A stretch of 64,000 nucleotides of DNA from the human T2T-CHM13v2.0 reference genome, Homo sapiens, in assembly GCF_009914755.1 (NCBI RefSeq), contig NC_060947.1, one strand, 5' to 3'. Shown here one piece after another: positions 27,411-48,350 of the stretch (position 1 is its first letter; each line of letters starts with the position of its first letter). The notes beneath the pieces are model-generated. The model did not search any database. It was not told the DNA's origin and saw only the letters and a list, made by a program, of their open reading frames with translations. The position numbers were made by a program, and so were the translations under genes.

Positions 27411-28150
27411 TTTTTATTTTTAGTGCTTGTGGGTATATAGTAGGTGAATATATTTATGGGGTACATGAGATGTTTTGATACAGGCATGCAATGTGAAATA
27501 AACACATCATGGAGAACGTGGTATGCATCCTGAAACACTAGGTCTGATTCATTCTTTCTAACTATTTTTTGTACCCGTTAACCATCCCCAACTTCCCCTG
27601 ACCCCCCACTATCCTTCCCAGCCTCTGGTAACCATCCTTCTACTCTCTATCTCCATGAGTTCAATTTTTTTTTTAGCTCCCACAAATAAGTGAAAACATG
27701 AGGTTTGTCTTTCTGTGACTGGCTATTTCACTTAACATAATGATCTCCACTTCCATCCATGTTGTTGCAAATGACAGGATCTCATTTTTTATGGCTGAAT
27801 AGTACTCCCTTGAGTATATGTACCACTTTTTCTTTATCCATTCATCTGTTGATGGACGCAGGTTGCTTCCAAATCTTAGCTTTTGTGAGCAGGGCTGCAA
27901 CAAACATGGGAGTGCAAATATTTCTTGGATATACTGATTTCCTTGCCTTTGGGTATATACCCAGCAGTGGGATGGCTGGATCATACAGTGGCTCTGCTTT
28001 TAGTTTTTTAGAGAAATCGCCAAACTGCTCTCCATAGTGATTGTACTAATTTACCTTCCCACCAACAGTTTACGAGGGTTGCCTTTTCTCTGCATCCTCA
28101 CCAGCATTTGTTATTGCCTGCTTTTTGGATAAAAGGTATTTTAACTGGGG
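27411..28150 (-). mobile_element. L1MA 3' end
   Basis: tatttatggggtacatgagatgttttgatacaggcatgcaatg; L1 ORF2 C-terminal remnant (ORF 27673-27984). Confidence 0.8.
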
Positions 28151-28698
28151 TTAGATGATATCGCATTTTACTACTTCAAGTGAAGTGTGAAAACCTCACT
28201 TCTATTTATGTTTCTTCATCTTCCATGGTCTTAATTATCATTGTCCTCAGTATCACAGGGTGTTATAATTTTTGTTTCAGCAATCAAACATGACTTATAA
28301 AACTCATGAGGAAACTGATAATGTCTTCTGTGTACTAGTATATTTGTTTTATATACTTTTTTCCTGATGTGCCAGGATTCCTTCTTTTATCGTTTTTTTC
28401 TGTTTAAAGAGCTTCTCCTAGCTATTATTTAAGAGTTCTGCTAGTGACAAATTCTTTTAGTTTTTCCTTCATTTAAGAATGCTTTATTTCACTCTCATTC
28501 CTTAAGAATATTTTTGCCAGATATAGAATTTGCAGTTGACAATTCTCCTGTCTCCATACTTTCAAGTTGTGTCACTTCGTTCTTGCCTCCATGGTATCAG
28601 ATGAGAAATCTGCTGTAATTTGAATTGGTGTTTCCCCATAGGTAATTCATTGTTTTTCTCTGGCTACTTTCAAGATTTCTTGTTTGTTTTTAGTTTTA
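28150..28698 (-). mobile_element. Old L1M body (continues at 35747-36990)
   Basis: gatgagaaatctgctgtaat...ttttcaagattt resumes as tagttttaaaagattaattatgatgtgtcttgg. Confidence 0.65.
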
Positions 28699-28749
28699 TT
28701 TTTCCTGCTTTCTTTCCTTATTTATTTATTTATTTATTTTTACTATTTC

Positions 28750-29268
28750 TTTTTTTTTAAAGATTTTAAACCACATTTTTATTCTTTGATGCTTCATTTT
28801 CAGACTTTTTAAGTCAGTCATTACATTTACATTGCATGAGGAAAATTTTTCCAGAACAACAGTGTGGAATAGTTCTGAATTATGCTATTCTACAGATAGA
28901 AAAAAAGTCCAAATGTCTTTAAAAATTTACTTCTTACTACCCAACATGTTTTTGCAAAGCAAGAAGTCTTTGTAAGACACCTTAAACAAAGTCCTTCAAT
29001 TCTATAGCAGAGGAAATAAAATCCCCCAGAAGCCAAAGGCTCACATTCACATTGCTAGTGCATGACAGACCCAGGTGTGCTTCATTAGAGATAAAATACA
29101 TTCCCTTTGGTATCACAGGAAGTTACTGGGGATGACTTGACCTCATTACTTAGCTAACGACTGGATAAAATTTCTTAATTATTTGAAGTAACATTGTATT
29201 AGTGTTTGCATTATTAATTTGAATAGAAAATAATCACATTTTTGACCCATTTATAAAAATTGTTAATG
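28750..29268 (-). pseudogene. Unique polyadenylated 3'-UTR-like segment (L1 3' transduction or truncated retrocopy)
   Basis: Non-repeat AT-rich DNA. Minus-strand AATAAA (28778-28783) lies 19 nt before an A-tract (28750-28758). The segment sits between an L1 tail and an Alu tail. Confidence 0.7.
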
Positions 29269-29499
29269 TTTATTTATTTATTTATTTTTTATTATACTTT
29301 AAGTTTTAGGGTACATGTGCACAACGTGCATGTTAGTTACATATGTATACATGTGCCATGTTGGTGTGCTGCACCCATTAATCCTCGTCATTTAACATTA
29401 GGTATATCTCCTAAAGCTATCCCTCCCCCCTCCCCCCACCCCACAACAGGCCTCGGTGTGTGATGTTCCCCTTCCTGTGTCCATGTGTTCTCATTGTTC

Positions 29500-33343
<3,844 letters not shown>

Positions 33344-33391
33344 TTATTTTGCTCGTTAGTTGATGCAGTTTCTTCCTAGCCTCAATGGTCT

Positions 33392-34415
33392 TTACAGTTT
33401 GGCATGTTTTTGCAGCAGCTGGTACCGGTTGTTCCTTTCCATGTTTAGTGTTTCCTTCAGGAGCTCCTTTAGTGCAGGCCTGGTGGTGACAAAATCTCTT
33501 AGCATTTGCTTGTCTGTAAAGGATTTTATTTATCCTTCACTTATGAAGCTTAGTTTGGCTGGATATGAAATTCTGGATTGAAAATTCTTTTCTTTAAGAG
33601 TGTTGAATATTGGCCCCCACTCTGTTCTGGCTTGTAGAGTTTCTGCTGAGAGATCCGCTGTTAGTCTGATGGGCTTCCCTTTGAGGGTAACCCGACCTTT
33701 CTCTCTGGCTGTCCTTAACATTTTTTCCTTCATTTCAACTTTGGTGAATCTGACAATTATGTGTCTTGGATTTGCTCTTCTTGAGGAGTATCTTTGTGGC
33801 ATTCTCTGTATTTCCTGAATTTGAATGTTGGCCTGCCTTGCTAGATTGGGGAAGTTCTCCTGGATAGTATCCTGCAGAGTGTTTTCCAACTTGGTTCCAT
33901 TCTCCCCGTCACTTTCAGGTACACCAATCAGACGTAGATTTGGTCTTTTCACATAGTCCCATATTTCTTGGAGGCTTTGTTCGTTTCTTTTTATTCTTTT
34001 TTCTCTAAGCTTCTCTTCTCACTTAATTTCATTCATTTTATCTTCCATCTTCCATCACTGATACTCTTTCTTCCAGTTGATAGAATCGGCTACTGAGGCT
34101 TGTGCATTTGTCACATAGTTCTCGTGCCTTGGTTTTCAGCTCCATCAGGTCCTTTAAGGACTTCTCTGCATTGGTTATTCTAGTTAGCCATTTGTCTAAT
34201 TTTTTTTCAAGGTTTTTAACTTCTTTGCCATGGGTTCGAACTTTCTCCTTTAGCTCAGAGTAGTTTGATCATCTGAAGCCTTCTTCTCTCAACTCGTCAA
34301 AGTCATTCTCTGTCCAGCTTTGTTCTCTTGCTGACGAGGAGCTGTGTTGCTTTGGAGGAGGAGAGGTGCTCTGATTTTTAGAGTTTCCAGTTTTTCTGCT
34401 CTGTTTTTTCCCCAT
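33392..34415 (-). pseudogene. L1 ORF1, disrupted
   Basis: ATG GGG AAA AAA CAG at 34415; KRPNLRLIGVPE...YPAKLSF; premature stop at 33530; 7-bp duplication tcttcca near 34041. Confidence 0.9.
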
Positions 34416-34990
34416 CTTTGTGGTTTTATCTACCTTTGGTCTTTGATGATGGTGACGTACAGATGGGGTTTTGGTGTGGATGTCCTTTCTGTTTGTTAGT
34501 TTTCCTTCTAACAGTCAGGACCCTCAGCTGCAGGTCTGTTGGAGTTTGCTGGAGGTCCACTCCAGACCCTGTTTGCCTGGGTATCAGCAGCAGAGGCTGC
34601 AGAACAGCGGATATTGGTGAACAGCAGATGTTGCTGCCTGATCGTTCCTCTGGAAGTTTTGTCTCAGAGGAGTAGCCAGCCATGTGAGGTGTCAATCTGC
34701 CCCTACTGGGGGGTGCCTCCCAGTTAGGCTACTTGGGGGTCAGGGACCCACTTGAGGAGGCAGTCTGTCGGTTCTCAGATGTCCTGCTGCGTGCTGGGAG
34801 AACCACTACTCTCTTCAAGGCTGTCAGACAGGGACATATAAGTCTGCAGAGGATTCTGCTGCCTTTTATTTGGCTGTGCCCTGCCCCCAGAGGTGGAGTC
34901 TACAGAGGCAGGCAGGCCTCCTTGAGCTGTGGTGGGCTCCACCCAGTTCAAGCTTCCAGGTTGCTTTGTTTACCTACTCAAGCCTTGGCA

Positions 34991-35745
<755 letters not shown>

Positions 35746-35746
35746 C

Positions 35747-36990
35747 TTTAGTTTTAAAAGATTAATTATGATGTGTCTTGGAATGGATTTGAATTTACCC
35801 TCTTTGGGGATTGCTCAACTTCTCGAATCTATAGGTTTGTGTCTTTCACAGAATTTGGGAAGTTTTTCAGTCATTAATTTTTCAAATGCTCTTTCAGCCC
35901 TATTCTCTTTCTTGTCTCCTTGTGATACTCTGATAATATAAATATTAGATCTTTTGCAATTGTCCCACAATAGTCTCTGCTTTTTTGTGGGCTATGTTCT
36001 CTCTGTTAGTCAAATTAGGTAAATCCTATTGATCTGTTCTTCGAGTTCACTGATTCTGTCATCTCCACTCTACTATTGAACCTACCCAGCAAATTTTTCA
36101 TTTCTTGGTTCTTGGTATGATAGGTGACTTTTCATTGTATTCTGAACATCATGTCTATTATGTTAGGAGACTCTGGGTTCTATGTAACTTTTAATTTATC
36201 AGGCAGTCATACTATTTAGGTTTAGCACACAAGTCCTAGTTTTTATGGGCTGTGATTCCAATGGTAGTTTTATTTTCAGAATCTATGAAGTGTCATATTG
36301 GTCTGCTTGATTTATCTGGTGCCACCGGGGCTCTTTCTGGTCCCTGATGTTGCTTCCTGAAGGGGAGGAAGTGTTTCTCTAGGTTGACAGCAAGGTGCCT
36401 TTTGGTGGGGGAGGGGATGTGGTGGGGCACCCTGTTAGTGTCTGTAGCTATCTAGCATCTTTGGGAAGGGCAGAAGAGTGTCAGGCCTACAGAGACAAAG
36501 AGACTTCCTGGAATAGGCCACTTACTGTGGCTACATTCCTTTTTTCTCTTCTATCTGCCTACTTCAGCATCTCGCAGCAAAAGAGGACAGTCTAAGATCT
36601 ACCCAGCAGGGAAGGGGAGCACTTCTCCAGCTGTTTGTTTTTGTCGGGGTTTCTGATTGATCTCTCTTGCCACTGGTGTCTGACTCACTGACTGTTGTTG
36701 GAGGGACTCCCATTCCATCTGAGGAGAATAACTAACGGGCTTAACTAGGCTGCCTTCTGGTGCTCAAACAGGGTTAAGGAAATGTCAGGTTTGAATGGCC
36801 TTTCTTGGTTGGGTGGAGAGATGCAAGATGCTCTGCTTTTGTACTGTTTCTCCACGAGTCACAAACTGGTTTGCCTTCCCCTTACCACCATTCAGAATTC
36901 TGCTTGGTTGTCTCTTGTGCCATTTTCAGAGTTTATAGTTGTCTTAAAAGGGGGAAATGGGTTTTCTCAATCTTGTCCGGATCAGAAGTC
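35747..36990 (-). mobile_element. Old L1M 5'-ward region
   Basis: Continues the 28150-28698 element (aatttgggaagttttcag...). Confidence 0.55.
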
Positions 36991-37584
36991 TCCTAAGCCT
37001 TTTTTGTTGTTCTTGTTGCAAGACAAACTTGTTCTAGCCATAAAGACTTTTCCCTTGATGTTCTCTGCCTGGAATGCTCTTCTTTGAGATTGTTGAATGT
37101 TTGGCTTATAGTCTCTGTTCAAATGCCATCTTAGAGACACTTACCTTACCTAATGTAGTCTCCCATCACCACTCATACTTACTCAATTACTTTGATCACT
37201 TTATCCTGTTTTACTTCTTTGTAGCACTTAATACGTTATGGGATAACCTTGTCATTTTGATTGTTTGCTGTGGTCTCCACCATCTCTAAAGTAAGCTCTA
37301 AGGGAGAAGATTTCTGTCTGTAAGAGTAAAAACATAGAATGAAGTGGGCCATTTTCTTTCTTGTTCATTGGTGTGTGTTTATAACAGTACCTGACAGAGA
37401 ATAGGCCCTCAATACATGTTTGTTAAATGAATGTATGCATCCAGCCCTAATTAAAATATCAAGGTGATCTGACACAGGTATCAGACAGATGTCCAGTGCT
37501 ATTACCAGCAGACTGATATCCTGAGCTGTCTAGGACAGGTTTTATGGGTATGGAGTATAGAGGAGACCTGTTCTATTATAGTAA

Positions 37585-37982
<398 letters not shown>

Positions 37983-38432
37983 TAAGGCCAAGACAAGGTA
38001 TCCTGAATTCCTAACTTTTGCATTCATGAAGATGACATCACCATGTGCCTCATCATTATGATCATTTATTGTCATACTCCAGGATTTATATGGATCCTAA
38101 AATATAGTAGGCTTCCAACAATATGCTAAGAATGTTCATCTAAAAATAGCTTCTCCTTCTCCCAGCCACAGCACCATCTTAGTGAAGATAGACACTATTG
38201 AGGAAATGGCCCACTTCATTCTATGTTTTTACTCTTTATGCATACCAGCCTCTGCTATCTTTCTCTTCCAGGACCTTCCCCTAAGCAAATCTCAGAAAAC
38301 CCAAACTTCGCCTCCCCTTGAAAGGGTGACCTGAGCCCTAGCGACAGTAGCTCAAGGAGTAATAGTGTTAATTGTTTCGTTTCAGCTCAATTAAAGTGTT
38401 GGAGGTGCTTCAAACACATTCTAACCACTCGT

Positions 38433-38910
38433 TTGTAGCAGACATGAAGGTATGCTGCTCAGATCTGCCTTTAAGAGAACACCTGCCACAAGGAGTTCAA
38501 TTAGCTGACAGCCTCCAGAGCTGTAGCATCTTTAGGATCTGCATCTTCTTTTGAGCTGAGCCCATATGCTTCTGGGCAGTCCTCACACAATGACTGAGGT
38601 AGGGGTGAATGGAGCTTACCATTTCTGGCCAGTGCAGGATGCCTCTGTGGGTAGTCTTTGTATGGGAAAGATTACTGTTGAACTGGCTGAGATTTCTCAG
38701 AGCTGCATCACAGTTTAAGGCTCTTCTTATCCTATTCTTCTTCCTTCTCCCTCTTGTTTTACAATGGTTATGCCTGTAGGTGGTATGAAGGCTTTCTCTG
38801 CCTACTTCTGCTTCCTATCCCCTCTTATCATTTACTGGTCTTACCCCCATTAAAATCTCTTTTGTTCCTATCTTTTGGCGTCTGCTTCCCAGAGGAACCA
38901 AAATGATGTA
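38433..38910 (+). mobile_element. ERVL solo LTR (LTR16-like)
   Basis: tgtagcagac...ggcgtctgcttcccagaggaacc; degenerate. Confidence 0.55.
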
Positions 38911-40231
38911 TCCCTTACCCCTTCTTGATTTTAGGATCTCCGTGTCTGAAAGTTTTTCAGCTACTACCTTGATTCATATTATCTTCTGGGCTCTTTGATG
39001 CTGACATCCTGTTTTGGATGATCCTTTCATTATGGGCCATGGAACTTTGTTTCAGACAGAAGCATCATCTGACATTTTCTCTCTAGCTCCATAGACCATG
39101 ACCACCAGTGTGGTCTATATATTTAACATTGGTTTAGAGGATAGAAACCTTAGGTTCTTGTCTCAGTTCTACTACTTATCACCATTTAACCTTGGGAAAA
39201 TCACCTGCCCATTCTGTGCCTTAGTTTTTCTGTTTATAGTAAAAGGCTGGGACTAAATGACCTTGAAGGTCCATTCCATCTTTGACATTACCTATCTGTA
39301 TATCACAGGATCCTCTGGGTCAGCAGATTTCAGTAAGGAACACTCTACTGCCATAAAAATACACAGAAAATGATGGTGGCTTTGCCCACAGCCTATTGTA
39401 AGACTATTTAAACACAAAAGGGCTAAATGTAATCATATGGGGTGAGTTTAGGAAGTGACAGGCCAGAGCTTGAAGCTAAGCCTGCGTCCTAAAATGAGAT
39501 GGCAATAATGGGTAGAAGTGATGAAAAGTCCAGGCAAGAGGAAAAACTATGGTGTGCAGAAAATGTAAAGACACACCAGCTCTAGTCCTGTCAGCATCAA
39601 AGAAGTACAATTAAGTTAACAAGGCATTCATCCCATGAGCAGAGCAGCAGTGAGGAATCTAGGAATGTCTAAGCAGATGAGCAGTACCATCCAAAGAAGG
39701 AGGGAAATTGGAGAATCAGGGAAGGACAGGGAAGAAAGATAGGTTTTTAACCTTAGAAGTTGAGGCACAGGGCAGGTTATGAAGTCAGGCAACTAGGTAG
39801 CTAGACAGGGAGAGATAAGCTCTGGGCCCCAAGTGTACTTGTCTTAGGAACAAAGCCCAGCTATTAGATACAAGGTAAAAAGTTAGCCTACAAGCAGCTA
39901 GCTAAAGCTCTTTATCTGATGCCACTCATTTGCCAGCACTATTGGTCTGGGACAGAAGCTACTAGTAGGTAGGAAGTGTGAGAAGAGGAGGACTGTGCAC
40001 AAGCAGGTCCATAGTATCACAGTTAAGAGCATGGGCTCTAGAGCCAGAGAGCCCTAGGTTTCAAGACTGGCTCTATGTCTTATATACTATGTGATCTTCA
40101 GCAAGTTGCTGAAACTCTCTGAACCTTTATTTCCTTCTGCAAAGAAGGGATAGTAATATCTCTTTATAGGCCTAGGGTAAGGATTGAATGAGTTACTCCA
40201 CAGAAAGAATTGAGTCCTATGCCTGGCACAC

Positions 40232-42438
40232 TGCTACAGTTTGAATGTTCCCCCAAAAACTCATGTTGAAATTTTTTTCACATAAGTTATTGGGGTACAG
40301 GTGGTGTTTGGTTACATGAGTAAGTTCTTCAGTGTTGATTTTGAGATTTTGGTGCACCCATCACCCGAGCAGTATACATTGCACCATATTTGTAGTCTTT
40401 TATCCCTCACCCCCTCCTACTCTTCCCCACAAGTCTCCAAAGTCCATTGTATCATTCTTATGCCTTTGTGTCATCATAGCTTAGCTCCCACATATCAGTC
40501 AGAACATACGATGTTTGTTTTTCCATTCCTGAGTTACTTCACTTAGAATAATAGTCTCCAATCTCATCCAGGTCGCTGCAAATGCTAATTCATTCCGTTT
40601 TATGGCTGAGTAGTATTCTATCGTGTGTATATATACCACAGTTTCTTTATCCACTCATTGATTGATGGGCATTTGGGTTGGTTCCATAATTTTGCAATTG
40701 TGAATTGTGCTGCTATAAACATGCATGTGCAAGTATCTTTTTCGAATAATGACTTCTTTTCCTCTGCGTAGATACCCAGTAGTGGAATTGCTGGATCAAA
40801 GGGTAGTTCTACTTTTACTTCTTTAAGGAATCTCCACACTGTTTTCCATAGTGGCTGTACTAGTTTACATTCCCACCAGCAGTGTAGAAGTGTTCCCTGT
40901 TCACTGCATCCACGCCAACATCAATGATTTTTTGATTTTTTGATTACGGCCATTCTTGCAGGAGTAAGGTTGTATCACATTGTGGTTTTGATTTGCATTT
41001 CCCTTATCATTAGTGATGTTAAGCACTTTTTCATATGTTTGTTGGCCATTTGTATATCTTCTTTTGAGAATTGTCTATTCATGTCCTTAGCCCACTTTTT
41101 GATGGGATTGTTTGTTTTTTTCTGATTTGTGTTCCTTGTAGATTCTGGATATTAGTCCTTTGTCAGATGTATAGTTTGTGAAGATTTTCTCCCACTCTTT
41201 GGGTTGTCTGTTTACTCTGCTGATTGTTCCTTTTGCTGTGCAAAAGCTCTTTAGTTTAATTAGGTCCCAGTTATTTATCTTTTTTTAATTGCATTTGCTT
41301 TTGGGTTCTTGGTCATGAAATCCTTGCCTAAGCCAATGTCTAGAAGGGTTTTTCCAATGTTATCTTCTAGAATTTATATAGTTTCACGTCTTAGGTTTAA
41401 GTCCTTCATCCATCTTCAGTTGATTTTTGTATAAGGTGAGAGAGAAGGATCCAGTTTCATTCTCCTACATGTGGCTAGCCAATTATCCCAGCACCATTTG
41501 TTGAAAAGGGTGTCCTTTTCCCACTTTATGTTTTTGTTTGCTTTGTCAAAGATCAGTTGACTGTAAGAATTTGGGTTTATTTCTGGGTTCTCTATTCTGT
41601 TCCATTGGTCTATGTGCCTATGTTTATACCAGTACCACACTGTTTTGGTGACTTTGGCCTTAGAATATAGTTTGAAATTAGGTAGTGTGATGCCTCCAGA
41701 TTTGTTATTTTTGCTTACCCTTGCTTTGGCTATGGTCTCTTTTTTGGTTCCATATGAATTTTGGAATTTTTTTTCTAGTTCTGTGAAGAATGATGGTGAT
41801 ATTTTTATGGGGACAGCATTGAATATGTATATTGCTTTTGGCAGTATGGTCATTTTCACAATATTGATTCTACCCATCCATGAGCATGGGATGTGTTTCT
41901 ATTTGTTTGTGTCATCTATGATTTCTTTCAGCAGTGTTTTGTAGTTTTCCTTGCAGAGATCTTTCGACTCCTTGGTTAGGTATATTCCTAAATATTTTAT
42001 TATTTTGCAGCTATTGTAAAAGGTGTTGAATTCTTAATTTGATTCTCTGGTCACTGTTGGTGTATAGGAGAGCTACTGATTTGTGTACATTAATCTTGTA
42101 TTCATGTTGAAATTTAACTGCTAATGTAACGGTATTGGGAGGTAAGACCTTTAAGAGGTAATTGAGTCATGAAGGCTCTGCCCTCATGAACGGATCAATG
42201 CTGTTATCATGAGAATGGGTTAGTCATCATGTGAGCAGACTCCTGATAAAAAGATAAGTTTTGTCTCAATTTTCTTGCTCACCATATGATGTATTCTGCC
42301 ATGGGATAACCCTTGCCAAATGCTGGTGCAGTGCTCTTGGACTCCCCAGTCTCCAGAGCTGTGAGCCAAATGCACTGTTCTTTATAAATTACCCAGTCTG
42401 TGGTATTCTGTTTAAAGCACAGAAAATAGACTAAGACA
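40232..42438 (+). mobile_element. MST (ERVL-MaLR) LTR split by L1PB, itself inside a MIR
   Basis: tgctacagtttgaatg at 40232 resumes at 42102 and ends gactaagaca at 42438. MIR sequence lies on both sides. Confidence 0.85.
40275..42101 (-). mobile_element. 5'-truncated L1PB
   Basis: L1PB-type 3' UTR, ORF2 remnants, and the 14-bp TSD tcatgttgaaattt (40261-40274 and 42102-42115). Confidence 0.9.
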
Positions 42439-43406
42439 TACATTGTAAGTGCCTAGTAAATGTGAACTAATGTTCTTATCCCTTGTCTGACATTGGCCTT
42501 GAATAATGCAAGCCCCTTCTCATCAGTTCCCTAATTTGTGAGAATGAAAACAGGAGCCTTCATGGTTGTTTATAAGTTATAAATTCTCATTCTAGGGAAA
42601 GCGCTCATTAATATTCTTACCACTATTTCTTATAGACAGCACCAGAGGCTGAGATTTATTTAATATGAACAATTTAAAATAATTTCTGTAAGCGCACACA
42701 CAGCTAGCTTTCAATTACTCACTCTAATGGAGAAGATCAGAGTCATAGGTAATCTAAAACTGTGCCAAATCCAAAGTCATCTCTGTTTGGCTTGGAAATG
42801 AACTGGATACACTTTTTTTTTTTTTTTTTTTTTTGCAGCATATTTACCTTTTGGATTTTTTTGTGCTTGGCCAATAATAAAATAAATTTACATTATCTAA
42901 GCACACTAGCTGACAGCACGTGAAAGTGCACAGAAATACTCCTGGGGAAAAAGAGAAGCTAAGATCATGATACTAAGTTTGCTGCAATGAAGAAGGGATT
43001 TACCATACATTTTTATTAGTGATTCTCAGAGTTTAGAAGAGATTTTTTAAAATTGTATGGGGAACTTGTTAAAAATGCACATTCGCAGCTCCAACCATTT
43101 TATAGGTGAGAAAACTGAGGTTCAGATAGGGGAACTGACCTGCTCCATGTTGTAAAGTTGAGGGCACAATGGGAAGTAGGACCTAAGTCTCCACAGCTCC
43201 TCATATAATGTACTAGGCAGCGATAATAATGGAGTCCTCTGAGGAAGAGAATAGAGAGAGAAGGCCATGTAGAAGGCAGAATAATGAAACTTGGGGATAT
43301 TTTCACATTTGGTAGGGTGAGAGAAGGAAAAGAAGACAGCAAGAATGAGAAAGTGAATGAAGTTAATTTCTTTGAACTTGGCTGATCTCTCAGAAACTTC
43401 TAACCC

Positions 43407-43565
43407 AGTAGTTCTCAAACTACTATGCACCCAGGTCAATTTGAGCACCTGTTGAAAATATGGATCCCCAGACAATCTGATTTAATAGGTCTGAATTAGA
43501 GCTTAAGTTTGTGTTCTTTTTTCTTTAAGTCAGCACCCCATGTGATTCAGAATTAAGTAAATGGA
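43407..43565. mobile_element. MER5-like hAT fragment
   Basis: cagtagttctcaaact...tctgatttaataggtctg. Confidence 0.5.
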
Positions 43566-44060
43566 AAATCACATCTTGAAAAATATTTGTCTAACCTTCT
43601 AAGATCTTGAAGTTTACGTCAAAATGTTTTAAGGAAATACCAAGATCTTTGAAAACGTGGGATTTCCCCTGTTGAATTACTTGGGACCAGGGATGAACTT
43701 TGACAGCCCAAAAGCTGCTGTGAGTGAGCACTCTGTCTGAGTAGTGAAAGCATGGCATGCTGCTTGAGGATGCAGGCTTTAGCACTACACTGGTCTGTGT
43801 TCAAATCCTGTTTCTGACACTTACTAGCTAAGTCATCTCTGTCAAATTCTTTGCTTCTGTGTGCCTCAGTTTCCTCATCTGCAAAGTGGGAATAATAATA
43901 GTATCTGCCTAGTAGAATTGTTTTGAGGGCGGTCTGTAAAAGTGTTTAATTTAGCAATCACTCAAACACAGCTTAGATTATTACTTTTTTCTTTTTCAGC
44001 GTTGCTTGCATGGTGGATCTTTTGCTCAGGATAAATCATCTGAAGACTCTAAGGCAGTTA

Positions 44061-44165
44061 CAGTGACCAACTTTACCTGTTTGCCCAGGACCGAGAGGTT
44101 TCCCAGGATGCATGATTTTGGTGCAAAAAGACAGGCCCAAGCAAACCAGGATGGTTGGTCACTCT
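44061..44165. mobile_element. MER81/MER94-like hAT MITE
   Basis: Terminal inverted repeats agtgaccaac / gttggtcact. Confidence 0.6.
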
Positions 44166-45028
44166 GAAGGCAGACCTCTCTGAAGCCCTTCAAGTACTTA
44201 TTTGCATACATAATATTTTTTACTGGTAAACAGTAGTTATCAGCTGCTCTGCTAATTCAACAAGGAATAATTGCTGAAGGTTATCTGATACTATACATCT
44301 AGTAGCTACTCCAACTAAAATTTCTAACTTGAGCAGCTTGCAGAGAAGTGCATGGGAGTGATGCACACTTCTGGGATTCCCGAAATTCCCTATATCTGGA
44401 TTGTGCTCAGCTGTACTGTATATATTTCTTAACTAGGTGATAGATTTCTTTTTGTAAATATGTGGTTGTCTATTAATAGGATCACAATAGTCTCAGAATT
44501 CTATTTGGTGGCTCAATAAATGTAAGCTGAATGAATAAATGACTATCAATTGAAATGTCTTCACTTGGGTGTTTGGGAGACTTGATTTATGAAATTGAGA
44601 GGTACAGTTTGAAAACCATCTCAGACAGCAATTTCCTCCCTTGCACAGCACTAATTCTCTCTTAATGTGGCTTCCCAGAATAAAGGCATGACACAAGACA
44701 GGCACTTACCTTGTCTTGGTGAAAAGGCTCTTGAGATGCCTGTGAAGAGGATTTTCAGAGTTTCTAAATTTGGCCCTGAAGTCATCTGAGATGCGTATAC
44801 ATTCACATATACATATACATATACATCTGTCAAAAACAGAGCAATGCCAGGATAAAGTCACATATCTCACCCAGCTATGTCCCAGATGGGACATGACCTT
44901 TGTTGTATACACTCTTTTGTGGACTAGTGCTTTGTACATGTTAGGGTGATGAGGTTAAGGGTTTAAAAGGCCTTTCTTTTTAAAGATCCATTGTGTTTTC
45001 TCAGGCTGGAAAAATTGTCATCCTCCAT

Positions 45029-45046
45029 TCGCCACTAGATGGCCCA
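45029..45046 (+). promoter_or_regulatory. CTCF-like motif
   Basis: TCGCCACTAGATGGCCCA. Confidence 0.5.
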
Positions 45047-45585
45047 TCATTCAAAAAAATTCCTTGTTTTCTAAAAAAAAATTTAGGGAACAAGGTTCCC
45101 ATAATGATTTGAGTATTCCCATCATGATTTTTCAGCCATATCATAGCAAATCACCATATATTCTTTCAGTATTTACTTTAAATTGGCTACTTTCTAACTT
45201 AAATATGCCTATTTTAGAAGTAAACTGGAAGGTGAACAGGAAAAAAGAGAGAAAGTTATACATAGATGAAAAATTCAATGGCCCTGGAGAGAAAGAGCTG
45301 CCTCAAGGATGAATAGGAAGGGGAACTGGGCCTGGAGTTGGTGATTCAGGACTCAAGGGGCCAAGATCAATAGTAGGCAGAAAGATAAAGGGGGCGGGTG
45401 AGAAAGAAGGACTCTCAAAACTGACACGGAAAAGCTGGGCCAGAGGTAGGAAGAGGGAGGCATGGAACCTGGGGGATAGAGAGCGGAGCTGAAACAAATA
45501 TAGAAATGTTGGCACAAAATGTTTGTGTAAGAGAAGGCTACAACTGAGTCGGGCATACCAGAAGCTGAAAGAAAGGTGAAGCCTA

Positions 45586-47859
<2,274 letters not shown>

Positions 47860-48036
47860 AAAGGTGAAGCCTAAGGAAGAGATGTGGGGTTGGGGCCTGA
47901 GGAGATGAAGAGGATAAAGAGGTATATCAGACGCTCTTCGTTGCAATGTTTCCATTTCCCCTCCACTTCTTTCCTTTGGGGAACATTAAGCAACACCGTT
48001 TAGTAACCAAGCCCGAAATTGCGGCCCAATAGACCA

Positions 48037-48350
48037 CAGACCTAGAATGCCTTACCTACAAACCTTGTTGCCATGTGTGTTTTGGAATTCAGAATTGTTT
48101 GGATTTCAGAAAGGTGACACAAGCATACACTAGACATTAGATAACATACCTAGTGAGGCCTGGGGCAAAACCCCATAAGCAAACACATTAACATTTCTGC
48201 AGTGAAATGTATGATTTATTATACTTAGTGGGCTAGATGAAGACTATGAAATAGTTCAGGTTTGGTTTTGTCGCCAAAAGCATTTTGATGCCAAACTAAT
48301 AAAAAACAAACAGCCTTTGATTTTCAGAGCCTTTTGAACTGTGCGTACTG
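48037..48350 (+). mobile_element. TcMar-Tigger-like DNA transposon fossil
   Basis: tgtgttttggaattcagaattgtttggatttcagaaaggt motif; family is from recall. Confidence 0.45.
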
